Made by a program: the position numbers and the translations under genes. A stretch of DNA of 64,000 bases from the IMG/VR virus record IMGVR_UViG_3300025418_000694, positions 1 to 64,000 of that record. One strand, 5' to 3'. Each line of letters begins with the position of its first letter. The stretch's first letter is position 1. The DNA comes from a virus. Positions 57,825 to 64,000 of this stretch are shown in pieces. The notes under the pieces were generated by a model, which saw only the letters and a list, made by a program, of their open reading frames with translations, did no database searches and was not told the DNA's origin.

Positions 57825-57860
57825 AAAAAAAGCAAAACCCCGCCTAACGGCGGGGCTTTG
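57825..57860 (-). terminator. Terminator after hsp20
   Basis: CCCCGCC/GGCGGGG stem with T-tract. Confidence 0.8.
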
Positions 57861-57876
57861 GACGGTAGCGAACCTG

Positions 57877-58320
57877 TCACTTAATTTTAATGGTTCGCGG
57901 CTTCATTTCCTCGGGCAACTCACGGTCTAATTTAATGGTAAGTATTCCGTCTTCCATCTCAGCCGAAGTCACATTAACGTAGTCAGCTAATGGGAAGGTT
58001 TGAGTGAAGTTACGAGTGGCGATACCTTTGTGGAAGTAGGCATCGGTAGACTCTTCTTCTTTGTCTCCTGTAACAGTTAGTACTCCGTTTGAGTAGGTCA
58101 CACGAATGTCGGATTTCTTAAACCCAGCTACCGCAAATCTAATCTCATACTTGTTTTCTTCAATAGAAAGTATGTCATAGGGTGGGTATTTAGCGGGGGA
58201 ACCAGCGTTTAGAATTTCTTCAAAGAACTTGAACTGGTTATGAAACCCAACTCCCCGATTAATAAGGGAATTTGTTAGGGTTGAGTGATCGAATGTTGCA
58301 ATATAGGCGTTAGCCATCAT
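57877..58320 (-). CDS. hsp20: Small heat-shock protein Hsp20 (IbpA-like)
   Basis: YPPYD, AVAGF, HKGIATRNF..F.LA, DGILTI. Confidence 0.95.
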   Translation of the reverse strand: MMANAYIATFDHSTLTNSLINRGVGFHNQFKFFEEILNAGSPAKYPPYDILSIEENKYEIRFAVAGFKKSDIRVTYSNGVLTVTGDKEEESTDAYFHKGIATRNFTQTFPLADYVNVTSAEMEDGILTIKLDRELPEEMKPRTIKIK

Positions 58321-58385
58321 TTTATATCTCCTTAGACGATATATGTTTAGTAGGTCCCGTTTGGCGACCTGTATTAATTATAGCA
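58321..58385 (-). promoter_or_regulatory. hsp20 promoter (TGC-TATAAT) and two-hairpin 5' UTR
   Basis: GGTCGCC/GGGACC hairpin; TATATC/GATATA stem enclosing AAGGAG. Confidence 0.55.
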
Positions 58386-58447
58386 ATAAAAAACCCCCCA
58401 GGGAAGGGGATCCTGGGGGGCCGTATTCCTTTGGTGGAAAGGAATCT

Positions 58448-58780
58448 TTATGCGTGATCTTCCATGCCTGCACCAAAGTTCTGAGACTGGCGCTTGATTG
58501 CTGAAGGAAGTAGACGTCCGTTAGCTAGTGTAGAACCAGCTTCTGGAGCCTCTGACTTTTGAAACTTAACGCGAACACCATAACGTGCTCCGCCTGTTGC
58601 TTTTACATGTGAGCGTGATGGCTTAGCCATCTTGGTTGGGTCGCCAGCTTGTGCACCCTTCTTCTTCATTAACTTAGTGTTAGCTGAAGGTGCTGCAGAA
58701 GCATTTTCTACTTTCATGCTTGAAACTGCTGCACTTGTTGGTGCAAGTGGTGCTGGGTTCTTCTTAGATGATTCTTTCAT
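58448..58780 (-). CDS. Basic low-complexity protein
   Basis: AAAGGA RBS; terminator at 58388-58420. Confidence 0.65.
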   Translation of the reverse strand: MKESSKKNPAPLAPTSAAVSSMKVENASAAPSANTKLMKKKGAQAGDPTKMAKPSRSHVKATGGARYGVRVKFQKSEAPEAGSTLANGRLLPSAIKRQSQNFGAGMEDHA

Positions 58781-58839
58781 GTTTATCCTTTGGCCGAAGG
58801 TTTTAATAACTGTACGGTATTTACCATTTAAATACAGGC

Positions 58840-59115
58840 TTAATTAGCAATTACTTGAAATACGATGGCGCTGATATCCCCGTCATGGCTCTTGATGCTG
58901 GCAAAGCCTGGGATACAGACTAGGTTCAAGCCTCTTGGAGCCGTGTATCCACGGGCAATAGCGATGGCTTTAACGGCTTGATTGACTGCCCCTGCGCCTA
59001 CAGCGCGAATATGTACCTGACGCTTCTCGTAGATAGCGTGGGCTACAGCCGAGGCTACAGACTGTGGGTTAGACCCTGCAGAAACGCGCAGGATGTTCTC
59101 TTCTTGTTCTGACAA
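58840..59115 (-). CDS. spoVS: SpoVS-family protein
   Basis: LRVSAGSNPQSVA.A.A...AVGAGAVNQAVKAIAIARG...L.CIPGF. Confidence 0.9.
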   Translation of the reverse strand: MSEQEENILRVSAGSNPQSVASAVAHAIYEKRQVHIRAVGAGAVNQAVKAIAIARGYTAPRGLNLVCIPGFASIKSHDGDISAIVFQVIAN

Positions 59116-59188
59116 TTTATGCTCCTTGGGTTACGAATTATTTTTCCCCGTGGCATAAAGTATGAGGCCTAACTTAGACAAAATAAGG

Positions 59189-59398
59189 TTAAAAGTCTCG
59201 TTTCCAATGCAGATAAGAACGAACATAGGTGGCTGCGTAGGCTAAAGATGCAAATATAAAACCGTATTGGTGGGTTGTTATTGCATAGGTCATCCAGAGG
59301 CACTCATTAAAACCAAGTACAAACCAGCCCCACATTGATTTTTGACCTACAAAGTAAATACCAGTAACGCCAATTATGGCTAGCACCCATGACCACAT
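59189..59398 (-). CDS. Small 3-TM PnuC-like membrane protein
   Basis: WSW.L..IG..G....G.K..WG......W..Y......GF. Confidence 0.55.
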   Translation of the reverse strand: MWSWVLAIIGVTGIYFVGQKSMWGWFVLGFNECLWMTYAITTHQYGFIFASLAYAATYVRSYLHWKRDF

Positions 59399-59821
59399 TA
59401 GGGTCTATCCAATGGTGTAGGAGCCTTTGCATAAGTCCCACAGGAGGCGCACTCCATGTCTAAGAAATATGTTGACATTTCATAATCATCAAAGCAGGCT
59501 TTTATATTCCATACAAATGATTTACAAACTGGGCAAATGTGGTGGACCTCATTGGCATGGTCCATCGTGCCTGTGTAATCAGGCTTTAGCTGTCGGATAG
59601 GCCTGCTCATGAAGCTTGTCCAATGCTGCTCGTTGTTCGGCCATCATCTTTTCAATTTGTTCTATTTCATCTGGAGCCAGAGTATCTTTTTGATCTTGAT
59701 ACATCTTTACGCCGATCTCAAAGTTCTGCTCTAAAATTTGTAGCTGAACTCTACGGCGCTCTGCTACAAAGTTTTCTGCTTCTGCTAAACGTTCAGCTCT
59801 TTTATCCTGTGTCTTACTCAT
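59398..59821 (-). other. Zn-ribbon ORF (59398-59610) and coiled-coil ORF (59579-59821)
   Basis: CPVC...CASC; helical ORF. Confidence 0.6.
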
Positions 59822-59899
59822 GTTAACCCCAAATACTTAGTACAGCAGATAATAAATCAGCAAGACTTCCGTATAACAGTGCTAAGAATTTTAACGCAT

Positions 59900-60067
59900 T
59901 CATTGTCCACCCCATCCACCGCCCTTAAAATGAGCTGGTATGGCAGACCATACACGAGACATAGTAGATTGGCAAGGCGAGCATGTAGGACTGCTTTCTT
60001 CATCAAAGGATCTTGTTACCTCTATAGTAGAACCGCACTTGTCGCATTTATAATCGTAAGTAGGCAT
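59900..60067 (-). CDS. FmdB-family zinc-ribbon protein (55 aa)
   Basis: Own translation MPTYDYKCDKCG...CSPC...M.RVWS....FKGGGW. Confidence 0.85.
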   Translation of the reverse strand: MPTYDYKCDKCGSTIEVTRSFDEESSPTCSPCQSTMSRVWSAIPAHFKGGGWGGQ

Positions 60068-60616
60068 TTAGTATTTGTGCTGCTCTATCTCAATAAACGG
60101 GCCTGAGGTATAAACGTCTAGTGAAGCTGCAATCTCTAGGGCTTCTCCAATAGAAGCGCCAGCGTGAAGGGCGCCTAGCGCATAGGATGAACCATTCCCT
60201 ACCCCATAAAAACCTGTGTCTGTTCTACATACAGATAGGTCGTCTGCAACATCAAATACTTCTCCGTTGACTGCTATAAGGAAATGAAACCTAGGACCGT
60301 CATCTCCTTCTTTGCGCTCTTCGTCAAAGTTGTAGCCGTTAGACTTCAAGCATTCTCTAAGTGAGGGCATGGCTTTTGCAATCATAAAGTGGTAAATGTC
60401 TTTTTTGTCCGATGCTGTAAGTGAGGGTGGCTTCCAAAGGTGCTGGGCAATGTCACATGGCTGCACCTCACCACTACCACCAATTAAGAAAGATCCTCGC
60501 TCACTAATCTTTTCCATGTTGGGGTGCCTAAAGATACGGCCTGAGCCGTCTGTGACTTGGTTATCTGCCCCTAAGACGCATCGATCGGGGTACTGAACAG
60601 CTACTATGGTTGTCAA
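60068..60616 (-). CDS. HslV / proteasome-beta-like Ntn threonine peptidase
   Basis: N-terminal (M)TTI, GAD.QVT, KI, GVGNGS.YALGAL, DVYTSG. Confidence 0.85.
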   Translation of the reverse strand: MTTIVAVQYPDRCVLGADNQVTDGSGRIFRHPNMEKISERGSFLIGGSGEVQPCDIAQHLWKPPSLTASDKKDIYHFMIAKAMPSLRECLKSNGYNFDEERKEGDDGPRFHFLIAVNGEVFDVADDLSVCRTDTGFYGVGNGSSYALGALHAGASIGEALEIAASLDVYTSGPFIEIEQHKY

Positions 60617-60624
60617 AGGGTGCC

Positions 60625-61164
60625 CTATCGCTCTCTGAACTTCGGATCTTGAAGTTTAACATAGACATCCCTCTCGTATGTACGTGAATGCGACCCTGAG
60701 ACAAGGTGAGCTAGTACGTAGGAGTCAGCAGCGTTGTCATCTGAGAATTCCGCCCCAAAGTTTTTGTACACACTGAGCATTATCTGGCTCTTAGAGACCC
60801 CTGAGGCCTTGCCACAGGCATATTTCTTGAGATTGGTAGGGGGGACAATAAGGGGATAGATTCCAAAGTCGTATAGGGTCAATTTAACCATGCCCCCAAG
60901 CTCCCCTAGCATGTTAGCCATCTGGGAACCAAAGGCGTAGCCCTCCATAGCCACGTCCTCAATCTTGTCAAACTTGTGCAGCCAGTTCATTACGTGGGCT
61001 TGGATGTCAGACAGCCTGGCTATACCTCTTTGGTCAGACTTGTAGACCTCCGTATAATAACTGCCCTGTTGATAGGCTGTTACGGCAAACCCGCTGTAAG
61101 ACTGGTCTATACCTAGATACACGGGGTTCTCTGGGATTACCAGACCTCCGTGGAATACTTTCAT
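60625..61164 (-). CDS. ruvC: RuvC-like Holliday junction resolvase
   Basis: LGIDQS, VAMEG, LKKYACG, DDNAADS. Confidence 0.88.
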   Translation of the reverse strand: MKVFHGGLVIPENPVYLGIDQSYSGFAVTAYQQGSYYTEVYKSDQRGIARLSDIQAHVMNWLHKFDKIEDVAMEGYAFGSQMANMLGELGGMVKLTLYDFGIYPLIVPPTNLKKYACGKASGVSKSQIMLSVYKNFGAEFSDDNAADSYVLAHLVSGSHSRTYERDVYVKLQDPKFRER

Positions 61165-61640
61165 TAGTAACCGCGTGCCTTTAGAACAGATGTTCGACGG
61201 GTAAGTTCACGGCTAGTTAGTTGATAGTACCGCTCTAGGTTGTCCATAGTGGTCTTCAGTAACTTGTGATAAGCCTGTGCCCTGAGCAAATTGTTAGCTA
61301 GGTCTTTCATAATTGGATCAGTAATAATCATGGCTTTTACTGTGGTGGCTTTGACCTTTGGGTCAGAAGACTTGGATAAAAGCATCTCTGCCTCAGTAGT
61401 GTCGTAAAGGTTATCGGCTTCTGTCACAGCCAGTTCGGCGCAAGCAACCTGAGTTAACATGAAGTTATAGTTTTCCATATAACAACGGGCTAGCTCCATT
61501 AGCTCTTGGTCATCTACCGACGTGATGTCATTAGGGAAAGGAATGATATCAAGGTTGAGATTGCGCCTTACTGGAAGGCCTTGTGCTTCTAAAACACCGA
61601 TAATGTCTTCACTGATACCAGTGGTAACTATGCTAATCAT
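61164..61640 (-). CDS. Coiled-coil protein, possible recombination mediator
   Basis: Likely start MISIVTTG; ends SRELTRR. Confidence 0.6.
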   Translation of the reverse strand: MISIVTTGISEDIIGVLEAQGLPVRRNLNLDIIPFPNDITSVDDQELMELARCYMENYNFMLTQVACAELAVTEADNLYDTTEAEMLLSKSSDPKVKATTVKAMIITDPIMKDLANNLLRAQAYHKLLKTTMDNLERYYQLTSRELTRRTSVLKARGY

Positions 61641-62469
61641 TGTACCCCTTACATTTAGCGCACCCGTCTGACGATATATTACAGGCAGGTGGAGTATTGT
61701 TTTTAACCGACTCAACAATCATAGCAGCAGCTTCAAAGATATGGGTAATCCCGAAGTCACTCTTAGGAACTACAAACTCTTTAGCCTCTTGATTAGACTT
61801 GTTCTCATAAATAATGACTGCCTCTTTTGGATAGTCTTCGTAGTTAAGAAGTTCAGCCAACTTCATGTAAATCTGCACTTGCATTATGTGCTTCATAAAG
61901 GGCGCGCTAATAGCCTTCCAAGTTTTATCAAAGTCATTGTTATTCTCAGCCAGTAACTCTGGGCACTCAAAGCGCAGTGTTCCCATGCCAACAGATTTAA
62001 TCTCTAGCATTAGGGCATCTCCCAAGCCGACTAACCAACCATCTGCATGACCAGAAATGCGCAATGGTTCGTAAAATAGAGGGACTTCACAGTATTCAAG
62101 AGGACCGTTATGGCAGTCTGCACCGCCCCAAAAGAACTCTTCACATTCTATGCAATACCACTTGCCGTATAGAACACCCATCTGATGTAACCAACTTTGC
62201 CACTTGGCGTGGATAGCGTGTCCTTCAGCAAAAACTGAAGCGAGGCGTAAAGTGTTAGTACGATTACTTATAGGCTCTTCGCCTTGTAATTGAAAGTAAG
62301 AAGCTCTGTGGCACCAGTCTGCGGCAACCATCTCAGAGGGATGTAGAACATCTGTTCGACGTGATTTATCTTTAGGTTTGGACATTAGATAACGTTCTAA
62401 TGAACCGAGTACGCGGGTCTCTTTTTTACCCACGTCTACAAATTTCTTTAACTGACTTCCCATTTTCAT
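61633..62469 (-). CDS. Cas4-like PD-(D/E)XK exonuclease
   Basis: HPSE...CHR, GHADG, LEIKS, QVQIYM, C-terminal C...C..C. Confidence 0.85.
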   Translation of the reverse strand: MKMGSQLKKFVDVGKKETRVLGSLERYLMSKPKDKSRRTDVLHPSEMVAADWCHRASYFQLQGEEPISNRTNTLRLASVFAEGHAIHAKWQSWLHQMGVLYGKWYCIECEEFFWGGADCHNGPLEYCEVPLFYEPLRISGHADGWLVGLGDALMLEIKSVGMGTLRFECPELLAENNNDFDKTWKAISAPFMKHIMQVQIYMKLAELLNYEDYPKEAVIIYENKSNQEAKEFVVPKSDFGITHIFEAAAMIVESVKNNTPPACNISSDGCAKCKGYND

Positions 62470-62481
62470 GGGAGTAACCTA

Positions 62482-62799
62482 TCACGACTCTTTGGTTAAT
62501 ACCCACTCCTTTAGTGTCATACCTGCGCGTGTCGCCTTACGCTTAAGGGCATTACGCTCACGGTGACTCATGCCACCCCAAATTCCGTGCGTGTCTTCCA
62601 TCTCCTCCGCATACAGTAAGCACTGCTTACGTACGGGGCATTCAGGAAGACCGTCTTTACCGTAGCAAATAGCTTTTGCTCGGTCAGCAATATCTTTATA
62701 TTGGTCTTTATCTCTTGGCGGGTACCAAGTATTAGTGTCTATTCCTCGACACTTGGCTTTGTATCTCCAAGGTTCTGGTCCGAGATCTTCGTCGTACAA
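62482..62799 (-). CDS. whiB: WhiB-family transcription factor
   Basis: W...AKC, AKAIC, CPVRKQC, GIWGG..ER. Confidence 0.93.
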   Translation of the reverse strand: MYDEDLGPEPWRYKAKCRGIDTNTWYPPRDKDQYKDIADRAKAICYGKDGLPECPVRKQCLLYAEEMEDTHGIWGGMSHRERNALKRKATRAGMTLKEWVLTKES

Positions 62800-63119
62800 G
62801 TTTTATGCTCCTGGAAGCTCAGGCGCAATTCTAGATAATCATCTTCTGTTAACAATACGTAGTTCTCATCGTTAAGACTTATGCCTAATGCAGGCATCCG
62901 ACTTTCAAGTATTGCTTCTTTAATGATCTTCTCCAGAACCGCGGCTTTAACGGTAAAGGAGGCTTTGCCCGTCCACTTATGTTCTATTAGAACATCCTTA
63001 GCGCGAACATCACCTTTACGACTCCAGAAAGCTCCGCTTCCAGCGTTACGTTTCCCGTTAAGAGCTTTTGCAAGTCGTGCCTCGTGCTTCTGAGATTCTC
63101 TTTGACCCTTACTCTTCAT
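62739..63119 (-). CDS. PD-(D/E)XK nuclease, Hjc-like resolvase
   Basis: E.RLA...G....SGA...KGDV....IEHK. Confidence 0.75.
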   Translation of the reverse strand: MKSKGQRESQKHEARLAKALNGKRNAGSGAFWSRKGDVRAKDVLIEHKWTGKASFTVKAAVLEKIIKEAILESRMPALGISLNDENYVLLTEDDYLELRLSFQEHKTCTTKISDQNLGDTKPSVEE

Positions 63120-64000
63120 GAGCGTGTTTAGAGCCTGCTTTAATAGAATCTAACACGTCACGTTCAAGGGTCTCTTGAAGATCAATTTCTTCCCGTATGG
63201 ACGCTAGCATAGCATCACTACCTTGCCATTGTCTATCCGCGTATCTGTAATAGGCACCTGCACGTGTGATGACTTTATTCAGCATTCCAATAGACAAAAT
63301 CTCTTTAGCAAAGTCAAACTGACCTGCAGGGATATCACCACCATCTGCAAAGTAGAAATCAACTATTGCTACTTGTCCAGGGGCAGCTGACTTGTTCTTT
63401 ATGATTCTAATCTTGATTGACTGGCCTACCTTGCGCTTTTCCTGCCCTGTGCCAGCCTCAATCCACTCATCACGACGGACTTCCATGCGAGTAAAGAAGG
63501 CGTAATCCTTGCCCAACCCTCCTGGGGTAGTGCGTGGGTCTCCGTACATAACACCAATCTTTGATCTCCACTGGTTAATGATTAGTCCAATGAATGGACG
63601 CTCTGGGCGGATAAGTGAGCGCTTAGACGCCTTACCAACCTTGCGGAAGAACTTATTTGTTAGAAGAGCTCCTCGTCCAACTGTTGATTCTTCCATTTCT
63701 TTGTCGTCTTCTGCGCTAGGAACCAGAGCAGGAAGACTGTCAATAACAATGCAATCGATAGCTTTGCTTTCGACAATTTGAATGACGGCTTCATATGCCT
63801 CCTCCATTATATTAGTTGCTACTACATATACGCGTGAAGTATCCACGCCACACATCTCTGCATAACCTGCTACCCACTCTTCAGCAGCTACCCACACAGT
63901 TGTAAACTCTGGGTCACGCTTTTGATTTGCAGCGATAGTTTTAAGGGCTAGTGCAGTTTTTCCATTGCTGGCTTCACCAACGAGTTCATGCCATTGATTA
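63109..64000 (-). CDS. recA: RecA-like recombinase (5' end outside the window)
   Basis: Frame open to the window end: GEASNGKT Walker A, VIDS, INQWR.KIGVMYGDP.TTPGG, KNK. Confidence 0.95.
   Translation of the reverse strand, partial: NQWHELVGEASNGKTALALKTIAANQKRDPEFTTVWVAAEEWVAGYAEMCGVDTSRVYVVATNIMEEAYEAVIQIVESKAIDCIVIDSLPALVPSAEDDKEMEESTVGRGALLTNKFFRKVGKASKRSLIRPERPFIGLIINQWRSKIGVMYGDPRTTPGGLGKDYAFFTRMEVRRDEWIEAGTGQEKRKVGQSIKIRIIKNKSAAPGQVAIVDFYFADGGDIPAGQFDFAKEILSIGMLNKVITRAGAYYRYADRQWQGSDAMLASIREEIDLQETLERDVLDSIKAGSKHAHEE

Noticed and set aside
61633-62469. Cas4-like gene as part of a CRISPR-Cas system
   Set aside because: Solo gene among recA, ruvC and a resolvase; no cas1, cas2 or array
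1-64000. tRNA/tmRNA genes, integrase, IS elements, inteins or introns in terL, nrdJ or recA
   Set aside because: No cloverleaf with a T-loop, recombinase or transposase noticed, and marker proteins are of normal length; tRNAscan was not run

Overview
A 64-kb internal segment of a large tailed dsDNA phage (Caudoviricetes), most likely infecting low-GC, freshwater-type Actinomycetota. The host inference rests on WhiB, a SigH/SigR-like ECF sigma, a MSMEG_6728-type glycosylase, an actinobacterial small Zn protein and apparently leaderless genes. Three blocks are visible. (1) About 1-35.4 kb, mostly minus strand: fibre and adhesin genes, a collagen-like fibre, N4-gp56-type major capsid, scaffold, portal, large terminase, a lysis cassette and many small basic ORFs. 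It also holds a plus-strand glyco/TPR/FkbM island and an inverted SLT gene. (2) About 35.5-48.1 kb, plus strand, an early/host-takeover-like region: a phage ECF sigma, seven exact GGGAAT-N17-(C/G)GTT promoters (five preceded by 11-bp-phased OmpR-type boxes), duplicated palindromic modules, several candidate structured RNAs, a MoxR AAA+/vWA pair, and no AGCT site found by eye. (3) About 48.2-64 kb, minus strand: class II RNR, an NTase-HAD-TGT-like operon, metallophosphoesterase, Hsp20, SpoVS, HslV/proteasome-beta-like protease, RuvC, Cas4-like nuclease, WhiB and RecA (truncated by the window end). The most notable items are the regulatory circuit of the early region, a candidate kink-turn RNA with an anti-SD-like loop, and two likely ATA/ATT starts. 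All calls are by eye; no database search or folding program was run.
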